From the NCBI GenBank assembly GCA_030265395.1, contig JARFYF010000074.1:89169841-89233840 (forward strand): a DNA stretch of 64,000 nt. The letters run 5' to 3'. The position numbers were made by a program, and so were the translations under genes. Shown here piece after piece: positions 52,925 to 64,000 of this stretch (the first letter of the stretch is position 1; every line of letters starts with the position of its first letter). The notes under the pieces are model-generated. The model saw only the letters and a list, made by a program, of their open reading frames with translations. It was not told the DNA's origin and did not search any database. The stretch comes from Rhina ancylostomus. Lineage: Eukaryota.

Positions 52925-54570
52925 TCAGGGGTCTCAGGGAATAGAATTGAGTAGTCAAGATTACTAGAGAGAAGGTGCTCAGGAAGCTAAATGGACTAAT
53001 GACAGATAAGTCTCCCAGACTGGATGAAGTGCACCCTCAGGTTCTGAAGGAGATGGCTTTAGAGATTGTGGTGGCACTGGAGATGATTTTCCAGGAATCA
53101 ATAGACTCTAGCAGGGTTCCAGAGGACTGGAAGGTTGAAATGTAGTTCTGCTGTTTAAGAAAGGAGGGAGGCAGCAAAAGGAAAATTACAGGCCTATTAG
53201 TCTGACATCAGTGGTTGGAAGTTATTGGAGTTGATCCTCAAGGATGAGGTTATGGAACACCTAAAGGTGCATGACAAGATAGGTCCAAGCCAGCATTGTT
53301 TCATGAGGGGAAGATCCTGCCTGACCAATCTATTGGAATTTTTTGAAGTAATCTCAAATAAGATGGATGAGGGAGAGGCTGTGGATGTTGTATATTTGGG
53401 TTTTCAAAAGGCTTTCGACAAGGTGCCACACGAGAGGCTGCTTAATAAGCTGAGAGCCCATAGAATTACAGGAAAGATATTAGAATGGGTGGAGCATTGG
53501 CTGATGGGCAGAAAGCAAATGGTGGGAATAAAGGGATCCTGTTCTGGTTGGTTGCCAGTTACTAGTGGTGTTCCGCAGTGGTCGGTGTTGGGGCCGCTTC
53601 TTTTTAAACTGCATATCGATGATTTAGATTATGGAATAAACGGTTTTGTGGCAAAGTTTGCAGATGACACCAAGATGGGTGGAGGAGCAGGAAGTGTTGA
53701 AGAAANNNNNNNNNNNNNNNNNNNNNNNNNNNNNNNNNNNNNNNNNNNNNNNNNNNNNNNNNNNNNNNNNNNNNNNNNNNNNNNNNNNNNNNNNNNNNNN
53801 NNNNNNNNNNNNNNNNNNNNNNNNNNNNNNNNNNNNNNNNNNNNNNNNNNNNNNNNNNNNNNNNNNNNNNNNNNNNNNNNNNNNNNNNNNNNNNNNNNNN
53901 NNNNNNNNNNNNNNNNNNNNNNNNNNNNNNNNNNNNNNNNNNNNNNNNNNNNNNNNNNNNNNNNNNNNNNNNNNNNNNNNNNNNNNNNNNNNNNNNNNNN
54001 NNNNNTATGGGGCACTGGTGAGGCCTCATTTGGAATACTGTGTGCAGTTTTGGGCCCCTTATCTTAGGAAGGATGTACTGATATTGGAGAGGGTTCAGAG
54101 AAGATTAATGAGGATGATTCCCGGAATGAAAGGGCTTACATATGAGGAGTGTTTGTCAGCTCTTGGACTGTATTCATTGGAGTACAGAAGAATGAGAGTG
54201 GACCTCATAGAAACATTTCGAATGTTGCAAGGACTGGACAGAGTAGATGTGGCGAAGTTGTTTCCCTTGGTGGGTGAGTCCAGGACGAGAAGGAACAGTC
54301 TTAGGGTACCCATTTAGAACAGAGATGAGGAGAAATTTCTTTAGTGTGGATTTATGGAATTCGTTGCCACACACAGCTGTGGAGGCTCGATCATTGGGGG
54401 TGTTTAACGAGGAGATTGATAGGTATATAATTAGTCAGGGTATCAAGGGATATGGGGAAAAGGCCGGGAATTGGGGCTAGATAGAATAGTTTAGCACATG
54501 GTGAAATGGCGGAGCAGACTCGATGGGCCAAATAGCCTCCTTCTGCTACTTTATCTTGTGTGATCTTGTG
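52925..54570 (+). mobile_element. 5'-truncated CR1 LINE (HER1-like), RT region to 3' end, antisense within a GDAP2 intron; spans a 300-N gap
   Basis: ORF 53225: [59 protein letters not shown]; after the gap [20 protein letters not shown]. Tail gactcgatgggccaaatagcctccttctgct. Non-functional (truncated, stop upstream). Confidence 0.93.
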
Positions 54571-54759
54571 AAGGCCTTAATGAGGGTTAGAAGTTATACA
54601 AGCTGTGATTGCAACTATGGCAACGAAATGAAGTGGCTTTGAACAGTTTACATCTCACATTCTGGAATATCTAAACATCACTTTCACCACTTCCCTGCTT
54701 TAATTAAACATCCTCCTTAAAACTCACCTCTACCTATCTCCTACAAAGGTATATTTTGT

Positions 54760-55610
54760 TGCAAAAACAGAAAGCACTCAGAAGGTCAAGCAACATCAAT
54801 GAGAAGATGAGTCAATGTTTCAGGTTAAGGACCCTTTCTCAAGACTAGAAAATTGAGAAGACAAGCATATTAAGTTATAGAGAGGGAGGGGTGGAGAGAA
54901 CAAAGGGAATGTCTGGGAAAAGATGAAGACTAAAATTGTCAAGGTAACAATTATTTTAAAAACTGGCAGTTGGCGGCAGAGAAAAAAAAGATACCACATT
55001 TAAGGCCTCATTATCCACTGACTCACCATCTTCAGATCCATATACTCACAAGGTCAGGGTCAGGAATACCAGAGGTTAAAAACATGGGACAGCTTTGTGG
55101 CTGAAGCTCAGATCCAGAGCTTCAGCTGGGTGCGTGGCCAGACTCAGGACACGGATAGAGAACACTAGGGGTCAGGAATGTGAGTAGGTTTATGTACAAG
55201 CTGAAACTTGCGAGCTAAGATTTATGTTATAAATTATTATATTCATGGCATGGTTGAACACTACATCATTGAAGCCTTAATGTCATTATCATCAGCGTTC
55301 TTGATACACCTTTTTGTTGTTATCTGTGGGAAGTCAGTGTGCTCATGCCCTGCGAATAACGAGGACCTAAGTATGATTGAAACAAAGATACAGCCATATC
55401 TTGTAAACTTTGGTTTGCATCCTGTCAGACATTCCCTCCCTCTCTGCAACTTAACTCATTTGCTTTCTCACTATTCCATTTCTGATGAATGGTCCCTGAT
55501 CTAAAACTTCAACTCTGTTTCTTTCCCCACTGATGTTGCCTGATCAGAGTTCTTCCAGCATTTTCTCTTTTTGTTTTGGATTTCCAGCATCCGCAGTTTT
55601 GGGTTTCAAG
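54760..55610. mobile_element. Inverted pair of Penelope-type terminal repeats (54760-54920 and 55420-55610)
   Basis: gagagggaggg/ccctccctctct, gaatgtctg/cagacattc and gagtcaatgtttcaggt/atctaaaacttcaactc are exact or near reverse complements in mirrored order. Confidence 0.6.
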
Positions 55611-56239
55611 TATATTTTGCTTTTGTGCTATGGGCACCTGTTTTTTCTGAACGATGATAACAATAGCTATTCAATGTTTAAATTTTCAATAGAAATTGGA
55701 AATGGGAATAGCAGATTCTCATGTGCCATATAACTCAGACACATTGAAAAACATTTCTTTCCAAGCCAGTCTCATTTGCCTGCATTTGGTCCATCTCCCT
55801 CTTTAATCTTTTAAGGCACAGTGGGGCAAAAAGTGGATGGACACATGGTGGTCGTGTTTCTGTACTGCCAGTGATAGCTCTAGACCATTGATCCAGAGGT
55901 GAGATCAAATGCCACAAAATAATTAAATAAGTCTGGAATGTTTTAGAATGGCTAGTCTCAGAAATGGTTACCATGAAAATACCAGAATATATAAAAATCT
56001 GGTTTATCGATGCTCTTCAGGAGAGGGAAAACGGCCTTCCTTACTTGGTGTGGCCTGTATCTGATTTCATACCCACCAATGTGATCAACTTTTAACTGCC
56101 TTCTTAGTTGAGAGGTTAATTAACATTGAATATTAGATGCCTGCATTGTCAGCAACTCCATATCCCATTTGAACAAAGAAAACATATTGTGTGATAATTC
56201 ATGCAAATTAGGTAAATCTGCAAAGCGGGCAAGACTTAC

Positions 56240-56379
56240 TTTACATCGACTATGTCGTATAATTTCTTGAGAAATTCTGAGTCAGGATGATTGTGGTCAC
56301 TGGTTAGAGTATGAAAGTACACCATAACGAACTCCCTTACAGCAATGTGGTCCATAATGTGAATAAAATACAGGAGAGC
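56240..56379 (-). CDS. GDAP2: GDAP2 internal exon (140 nt): ALLYFIHIMDHIAVREFVMVYFHTLTSDHNHPDSEFLKKLYDIVDV(K)
   Basis: Acceptor ttttctttag|, donor |gtaagt. CRAL-TRIO core resembling human ALLYFIHVMDHIAVKEYVLVYFHTLTS. Phase 0 in, phase 2 out. Confidence 0.95.
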
Positions 56380-57663
56380 CTAAAGAAAATTAATGGGATT
56401 ATAAACCATGGTTTACCTTTCAACTGCATTTTCTTTATTCCTGGCTCTATGGAAACAATATACACCAATTTCTTTTTACCCATTTATTGTAGCCAATTAG
56501 AAAATTTAATCAGTAATAAATAAAGAGATGGAAGTGAAGTGCTTAAGCCATGTAGCCACAGAAAAAATGATGAAACACAATTAAACAACACGTGTGGCAA
56601 AATGGAATCATACTCATTATTTCATTATAACACATGTCTAATCTCAGACATTCAACCAGGAAGCTGGTGTCTGAAGTGAGGCACTGTTTTAAGTGTAATG
56701 TTGTAGCATATATATTCTCACAGAAATCCCTAGAATGAGAAGTTGAAGTTACAATGAGAATAAGGTCTTGAAATTTTGTACTCCTCAGTATTCTGAATTT
56801 ACTGACATATAAATGGGTTGCTTCTCCTGTTAAACATCCAACAGTGTTTTGTACTGAGTAAACAGCATTCTTAGAAGTGACACACAATTTGGAAAATGAA
56901 AATGACCCTCTGTAAATTTCCAGTTAGTCCTTCATGATATTCTAAATGTAAAACTGCATTAACAAGAGGTCCAACAGTCAACTAACCATTTTCTCAAGCC
57001 TAGAAATGATTAGTAATGGCATGTAATAAACATGGCTTTTTTTTTCCCCCTTGGCTGGGTGGGAGTAGAAGGAAAAAAGTCAATAATGGCGTAACTTCAT
57101 GGCCTTGTTGCAAAACAGGTGCATACAAAGAGGAGGCACCTCATATCTCCATATAATATAGATTCATAGAACCATAATGGCACAGAAGGCTGCTATTCTG
57201 GCCATCAAGTCTCCATTGATTCTTTGTATATCATTCCCCAAATCTCCTCCTGCAAATTATTTTCCCTTAATGGTCTACCCAATTCTTTTCTGAAAGCTCA
57301 GATTGATTCTCTATCCACTACCCTTCGAAATCTGCTGCAAATGAGGTTTAAATAACCATTGACTTAAGCCTTCATTTAAGTAAACATATGCACAGCTTCC
57401 CTGCATGCCCATTTATAGCTTGAATATTTATGACAGCATTGTTTTGAATAAAATTAACAAAACTTAAATCATTGAACTGATAAATCAAAATTTTTTGCTG
57501 AGGTATTAAGCAACTGCTTCGGTTTATCGATGGAGAATGATATGTGTTGAAATTTGTTCATCCATGCTAAAATTTACCAATGTTGTGAAACAGCAGCAAA
57601 GCAAAATAATTTTTCTCTTTTAAAGGATAACCAATGTACTAATAACTTTTCAATAAACCTTAC

Positions 57664-57740
57664 CTTATCAGGATCTATTAGCGTTACGGGAATATTTCTT
57701 CCTACTATTACTACAACAATATGGCCACTTTTATCATATC
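57664..57740 (-). CDS. GDAP2: GDAP2 internal exon (77 nt): (G)YDKSGHIVVVIVGRNIPVTLIDPDK
   Basis: Acceptor tttgttgcag|, donor AAG|gtaagg. Resembles human GVDNCGRTVMVVVGRNIPVTLIDMDK. Phase 1 in, phase 0 out. Confidence 0.93.
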
Positions 57741-58017
57741 CTGCAACAAATAAAAAAACACTATTATGCTAAGTGGAAAGCATGCTACAAGGTAGATAGA
57801 GAAAAGGCTTACATGTAGACTAAAACTTAAATACAGAACAATACTTAAAAAAAGATACAATTTTAAATGGTAAAAATGAGTAACTGCTCTTTAGTGGGTT
57901 CAACAATGTATGTGGGGAAAAGAAAACACTTTAATATCTTAAATGGAGAATTATTCCTCAATGTAGCTTACTCTGAGTAAGTTTGTGTTGTTTCATTTTG
58001 TAAACTCTACCTTTCTA

Positions 58018-58737
58018 TATATAGAATGTAGAACATTACAGCACAGTACAGGCCCTTTGGCTCATGATGTTATGCCGACATTTTATCCTGCTCTATTATC
58101 TATCTAACCCTTCACTCTCACATAGCCCTCCATTTTTCTATCATTCATGTGGCTAAGAGTCTCTTAAATGTTCCTGATGTATCTGCCCCCACAACCTCTG
58201 CCGGCAGTGCATCCTATGCACCCACAACTCTGTGTTTAAAAAAAAACATACCTTTGACATCGCACCTATACCTTCCTCCAATCAACCTAAAATTATGGCT
58301 CCTTGTGTTAGCCATTTTTGCCCTGGGAAAAAGTCACTGGCTGTCCACTCGATCTATGCCTCTTATCACCTTGTACAACCCTGTCAAGTAACCTCTCGTC
58401 CTCCTCCTCTCCAAAGAGGAAAGCCCTAGCTCACTCAACCTATCCTTATTGGGCATGCTCTCTAATCCAGGCAGCATCCTGGTAAATCTCCTCTACACCA
58501 TCTCTAAAGCTTCCACATCCTTCCTATAATGAGGTGACCAGAATTGTACACAATACTCCAAGTGTGGTCTCACCAGAGTTCTATAGAGCTATAACATCAC
58601 CTCGTGGCTCTTAAACTCAGTACCCTGACTAATGAAGGCTAACACTCCATACTCCTTTTTAACAACCCTATCGAAACGCACGGCAACCTTGAGGGATCTG
58701 TGGACGTGGACCCCAAGATCCCTCTGTTCCTCCACAA
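58018..58737 (-). mobile_element. CR1 3' end, 5'-truncated
   Basis: agaacattacagcacagtacaggccctttggctcatgatgtt (reverse of CR1 tail) through gaccagaattgtacacaatactccaagtgtggtctcaccagagtt ([13 protein letters not shown]). Confidence 0.88.
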
Positions 58738-59231
58738 TGAGTGGAGGAAATCAATCAATGAATGGGGAAATGTGATTAATGGGATCGATCTGAGAGTTGG
58801 CATAAAACCAATGGGCTGAATGGCCTCCTTATATGAGAAATAATGCTCCAGCAGGCATTGTCTAATTTTTGCTTGGTTTGATTGCCTCATAAAGGTGCTG
58901 CCACCATCTGTAAAAGTCAAACAGAGTATGAACTGTGGGGAGAAACTGCCCCAGTCACATTTATGTACCAATATTAGTAACAGAATCGTGTGTAAGCACC
59001 TATAGGCATTGACCAATGGGATGGAGCCCATGGTTACAACAGCCTGCACCCAACCTGATACACCAGGACAAAAGAACTCGGCAGTGGGGAAGTGAAGAGA
59101 AGCAAGTGTAACATTTCTGATGAAGCTCATCAACCCGAAGCAGGAACGCGATTCCCTCTCTCAGCAGATGCTGACTGACCGCTTCCAGCAGTTTTAATTT
59201 TATTTCAGATTTCCAGCATCTGCAGATTAAC

Positions 59232-59795
59232 AATCACTGAACAGTACAGCCAGGAACAGAATCTGTGCTGCCCATGATGCCAGATTGAATGAAACTTATC
59301 TGCCTGCACATGGTCCATATCTCTCCACTCCCTGCAAGTTCATCTGCCCGTATAACTGTCTCTTAAATGCAACTATTGTATCTGCTCACAGACAATGACT
59401 TTTTTGTTTTTTTTGATCTAATTGTTTTTTCTTACATAATTGTCATAATTGATGTCTTTCTTTTGAATGTTGTGTCTCTGATGCTCTGTGCCTGTGATGC
59501 TGCTGCAAGTAAGGTTTTCATTGCACCTGCACACACCTGGACTTGTCCATATGACAATAACTCGACTTTGACTTTGACCCCACCCCTGTCTGCCTGTCCG
59601 GGCACCCACCACTCTGTGTAAAAAGCTTAGCCCACATATCTCCTTTAAACTTTCCCCCTCTTGCCTTACAGATATATCTCAAGTGTTTGACCTTTCCACC
59701 CTGGGAAAGGGACTCTGTCTGCCTTTTCTCTGTCTTTCTCCCTCGGCCATGGCCGCTCCAGAGAAAACAACCCTAGTTTGTCCAACCTCCCCATG
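59232..59795 (-). mobile_element. CR1 3' fragment with nested plus-strand Rex1-type tail (~59395-59580)
   Basis: CR1 reverse tail gaacagtacagc...ggtccatatctctccactccc...tctcttaaatgc resumes at caggcacccaccactctgtgtaaaaa-like sequence (59600); the insert ends ttttcattgcacct...atgacaataactcgactttgactttgac. Confidence 0.65.
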
Positions 59796-61359
59796 GAGCT
59801 GTGTCACTTTCCCCAGTGAATTTAGAAAAGGCCGATGATCCTGTGATGGGGCACTTCAGTGCTCCTGGACATCAGCCATCTCTGTGGGTCACTCTCTCAG
59901 CCGGAGCTCTGTGAGCAGACGTTTTAACTGTGGCAACACACAGAGATTCAGGAAATGAAAATTCAACACTGATGATTTAAGAATTATCGAGATGCCGATT
60001 TGAATTTGTAAACACAGAGAAACCCCAACTGCATGGTTGCTTCCAAAACAATGTCTTGATTCTCAGCATTTAGTGAGGTTTCTTTTTCTCAGAACCACTT
60101 TAATTTTTGCACAATAAATCTTGGCCAGGAATTGCATTTAAATAGTTACAGACAGACAATTTATAACAAGACAATTTGTGGGCAAAACTCAGCCAGATGG
60201 GTTGGCAAGTTCCTGCTCGCTCCAAGCCAAGGCTTCTTTCCATGGAGTCCTTGTAGCAGGGAGACAGTTTTCCTCCTAACAGGATGGAAGTAACACACCA
60301 TTCTTCACAGGACTAATCATATGGGGCGTCTGCATTGGCCACTGAGATTTCAGCCTTGTGTGGAGACCTAACTGGGTTGGTGGAGATGAGAACTTGGCTC
60401 ACTACTAAAATTCCGTCCCCAACCCTTCTCAATAATCACCTTGTGTTCATTTGGCGTTGAAATGTTTAACCCTGTACCACCCCAAACTCGTTCAGAACCA
60501 GATGATTGAGAATGCCATGGACTTAGGTATCAAATGATCAACAGATGATGAATTCATCTTTTACTTTGGAGCTGTCGAGCACCTGAAAACTGAACCCACC
60601 CCTCCAAAGTGAAGGATGGTTGCACCACATGATCTGAATTTGTCAGGTGACCCAGGACACCAGGTGGGATGGAAAATCCATCAGATCACACAGCAACAAT
60701 TCCGACCGTCACCGAGGGTCACCAGTGACACCACTCATCTTCTGGTATCATAGGTCATGGAGCAATGGCCTTCCAATACACAGTCCAAGCCAACTAGTCA
60801 ACCCCACTATTGTTTACGCAGTGTGATTATGGGTTTTTCATAAACAAAAAAATGACCAAATATCAAAATGTGCCAAAATGTGCTTGGGAATAACTACTGT
60901 TTCAGTGTTTGAGATGTAAATAAATCTTCCAGCAGAATGGAAACAAACATTTAGATCAGTTCCAGATTAACCGTCAGAAACTGCATCATTTCAAACAGGA
61001 CAAATTACTTACACTGCTGAAGGAATTTGAGCATTTTCAGCAAATATATTATGTACTTGCTTAGGCTTAATGTTCCCACTGAAAACTGTATGAAGAGTGG
61101 CCAAGTTTACTTTGCTTTTCTTTATCCCCGAATAGATTGTTAAGAGCATTTTCCTGTGGAGTTCATTGTGAGGTGTCAGTGTGGGGAGCGCTATATTTGA
61201 ACTCAATGGCCATTTGACCAAGTGCCAGTGAGTATTAATGGTACTTATCTTGTTCCTCATCAGGAACTGATGATGGGATCAGTGTTGTGGGTCATACGAA
61301 GCCTGCCCTCAGCAGTAACAATGGAGAACAGGAGGCAATTGGGTTAGAATCAAATCGCA

Positions 61360-61670
61360 GGGGAGTGGTGGCTCAGTGGCACAACTAGTACAGTTGCTGT
61401 CTCACAGCTCCAGTGACCTGGGTTCGATCCTGACCTCCAGTGGTGTCTGTGTGGAGTTTGCACATTCTCCCTGTGACCAGGTGGACTTCCTCTGGGTGCT
61501 GGAGTTTCCAAAGGTGTGCAGGTTGCTCGTCCCTGTAAATTTCCCTTAGTGTAGGTAGGATCTGGAATGAATGGGGAAATGTGGAGAATAGGTTACAGGT
61601 TAGTGCGAGATTGGGAATGCACTGTGAGCTAGTATAGAGTTGATGGATGGAATGGCCTCCTATGGCATAA
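61360..61670 (+). mobile_element. V-SINE with clear pol III A/B boxes and CR1-type tail
   Basis: gtggctcagtgg (A box), gggttcgatcc (B box), tgtgtggagtttgcacattctccctgtgacc; tail gatggatggaatggcctcct. Confidence 0.8.
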
Positions 61671-61719
61671 GTGCATACGTAAATTACCAAAGTCACAAGA
61701 GACTTTTGTTCTACCACCA

Positions 61720-61847
61720 AGTGGTAGGGTGAGGTGTGGTAGGTGGGGTGCATGGGGTGAGGTGGGGTATGTGGGATGAAGTGGGGTAGGTGTGGTAGGT
61801 GGGGTGTGGTGGGCTATGCTGGAGTGAGGTGGGGTGTGGTGGGCTAT
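61720..61847. repeat. G-rich imperfect tandem repeat (ggtgtggtaggtggg-like units) abutting an N gap
   Basis: Repeated gtggtagg/gtggggt units and duplicated gtggggtgtggtgggctat. Confidence 0.8.
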
Positions 61848-61947
61848 NNNNNNNNNNNNNNNNNNNNNNNNNNNNNNNNNNNNNNNNNNNNNNNNNNNNN
61901 NNNNNNNNNNNNNNNNNNNNNNNNNNNNNNNNNNNNNNNNNNNNNNN

Positions 61948-62065
61948 GACCAGAACTGAACACAATACTCCCAGCGTGGTCTAACCAGAGTTCTCTTGAG
62001 CTGCAACATTACTTCGCCCCTCTTGAACTCAATACCCCGACTAATGAAGGAAATATTTTCAGCAA
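61948..62065 (-). mobile_element. CR1 fragment
   Basis: ISRGIEFKRGEVMLQLKRTLVRPRWEYCVQFW in ORF 61629..62162. Confidence 0.8.
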
Positions 62066-63243
62066 TATTTAAAAATAAAAAGCACCACAAAAGTGTGATT
62101 GCTTGTAATCCTTGCCAAAGATCACAGGATTTTAAAATATAAAAGACATACCAGAATATCAAATGACCAGGTTATATTGACATACTTCATATTCTCAATC
62201 ACTGCAATATCAAAAAATTTGGGCAGAAGCCACCCAACCAACTAAAGTACATATTGGTCCATTCTCCCAGAACATTGAAGAGCAGGGACATGGACGTGAG
62301 AAGGGAATGCAAGCTGGAATTCAAGTACCTAGAAACAGTCTAGTGAAACCTGCTGCAAAATGCACTTGGGTTAACAGATGAGATACAACAGAATTTGGAC
62401 TTGGCTGCCCAAACCAAATCACCTAATGTTCAAGCCTGCTCAGGGACAAATGGATCTTGGGCTAGTATGCAAAGCACTCAAGGACTGGGGAAACATCACC
62501 AACTTCAGAAGAGTTGGAAGAAAGTGAAAATCTGGCAAGCAATTACAAACTGCAAAAATACACACAGATGGTGATCTTCTATATAGTCCTAATACAAAAC
62601 ATGTTTTAGGTGTACTTGGATTGTACCATTAAGGACTGCAAATAATGCAAAATTAATGTGTCCACTTTAAAGAAGAAAATTCTGTGTTCTTGGCTACAAA
62701 GATTAGTGCTCCACTGAAAAAAAACGAACTAGGACATCACGAGATGACAAAGCCCAGAGAATATCTTATGGTGGGCTGATGGTTTTTGCAAAAATTTTAT
62801 ACTTTTTTTACTTTTTACTTTATACTTTATTCTTCATTTATACTTTATTCTTCACTATCTTTCCAATCACATCAGAATAGCATACAGCAAAGCCCTTGAT
62901 CTTACTTGCCACAATGGAAAACAGCATGAGATCACACAAACAGACATAAATGGTAAATTACTAAACCATCATCTGGTAACAGCCAGTGATAGGAAGCAGA
63001 ACGTGGGTGCAAAGCGGGTGAGTTGGAGATGGAGAAATGTGTGGGAGCAAGAATAAACTGCCACTAAATTAATGACATAAATGGACTAATAATCTTTGAG
63101 TCAAACAAAAGCATGCTTTAAGGAGTATCCCAAGCACAGACGGCATAGATCATTGCATATTAGAATCACAAATTTGCTGGGAAGAACCAGCTTGACACAC
63201 ATTATGGCTTTTTCTTGCTTGAAGTTTCAAGTCATTCACTCAC

Positions 63244-63320
63244 CAGTCTGGTATAAAGCTTTTAATGAAGCAACATCAGAGAGATCAGCTGCTCTAGCTC
63301 TACACAGCCAACGGTTGTAG
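63244..63320 (-). CDS. GDAP2: GDAP2 internal exon (77 nt): (N)YNRWLCRARAADLSDVASLKALYQT(G)
   Basis: Acceptor ttctctcttag|, donor |gtgagt. Resembles recalled human YNRWLCQARSEDLSDIASLKALYQTG. Phase joins the next exon. Upstream exons lie beyond the window. Confidence 0.93.
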
Positions 63321-64000
63321 CTAAGAGAGAATAAAGAATTGTTGTGTGAATAATATTTAACAATCAAGAAAAATTAGTGTAAGACATATAGAAGGAGAAA
63401 TTAGTCTTTGATTGCTAGTTCTAACTGCATGTAAAAATAAAGACCAGCAGTTGTACGCATCTCCACATATTCAGTTTCTCTGAAGGCAGAGAAACTAAAT
63501 GCATAAAGATAGCCAGACAGTCTTCTCGCATGCAGTTAGAATTGATGATTAAAAACAATATACTTCCGTAATTACTAAACATATCGTAACCTGGATTTGG
63601 GAATTCTGGGAAGCTGCACAGTGCAGTATAAACAAAGTATCAAATGCATAGAGGACAATTATAACATGCCATTAAATGAGAAAAATAGCATCACTAAGAC
63701 ACATATATTATGGAAAACAAAACCAGTGAGGTAACTTAGGCATACATTGTTTCATTCTTTAAATTTACCACATGAAACCAAATCTAAGCACAGGAACTAA
63801 CCAGCTTGACTTTTCTCCACAACATAAAAAGGATCCAACCAGAGGGGAAAAAACAGAAGCAACTATGGGAAACACCAAAAGATAGCTGACAGTTTATTAA
63901 GGAACACACTAAAATTGATTGATAAAAGCATGAATTTTTCATATGCAACATTATCCACAACTCATTTTCTGGCATAGAAATCTAAATAAAACAATGAAAG

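Noticed and set aside
53225-53705. Reverse transcriptase ORF as a possible functional or domesticated gene
   Set aside because: 5'-truncated CR1 copy with motif-damaging substitutions (LGFQ for LDFQ, PQWS for PQGS) and an upstream stop.
61366-61435. tRNA-like A and B boxes
   Set aside because: Head of a V-SINE, continuing directly into the V-domain; not a tRNA gene.
62800-62856. Short tandem duplications (ttatactttattcttca x2; also ~6910-6940 and ~29590-29616)
   Set aside because: Ordinary slippage duplications with no spacer structure; nothing CRISPR-like or array-like.

Overview
Vertebrate genomic DNA, most likely a cartilaginous fish (ray/shark), judged from its repeat content: HE1/V-SINEs, Deu-domain SINEs, CR1, Rex1/Babar and Penelope relics. 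It is a draft assembly with several N gaps. Two genes lie on the minus strand in tandem. (1) The last six coding exons of GDAP2 (63320 to 46806, CRAL-TRIO/Sec14 C-terminal half). I reconstructed them by eye with GT-AG sites and consistent phases; the ORF track shows only one of them. (2) TENT5C/FAM46C, with an intact single-exon CDS (20413 to 19259), a probable ~3.1 kb 3'UTR and two candidate non-coding first exons/promoters (~23.0 kb and ~38.7-39.4 kb). The rest is intronic or intergenic DNA full of decayed retroelements; TE boundaries are approximate. I see no convincing wholly new biological system. Leads worth testing: the GDAP2-TENT5C tandem arrangement, which allows an in-frame read-through fusion; an in-frame uORF/CUG extension on the distal TENT5C exon; hammerhead-ribozyme-like cores in Penelope-derived inverted repeats; and V-SINEs carrying two different LINE-derived tails.
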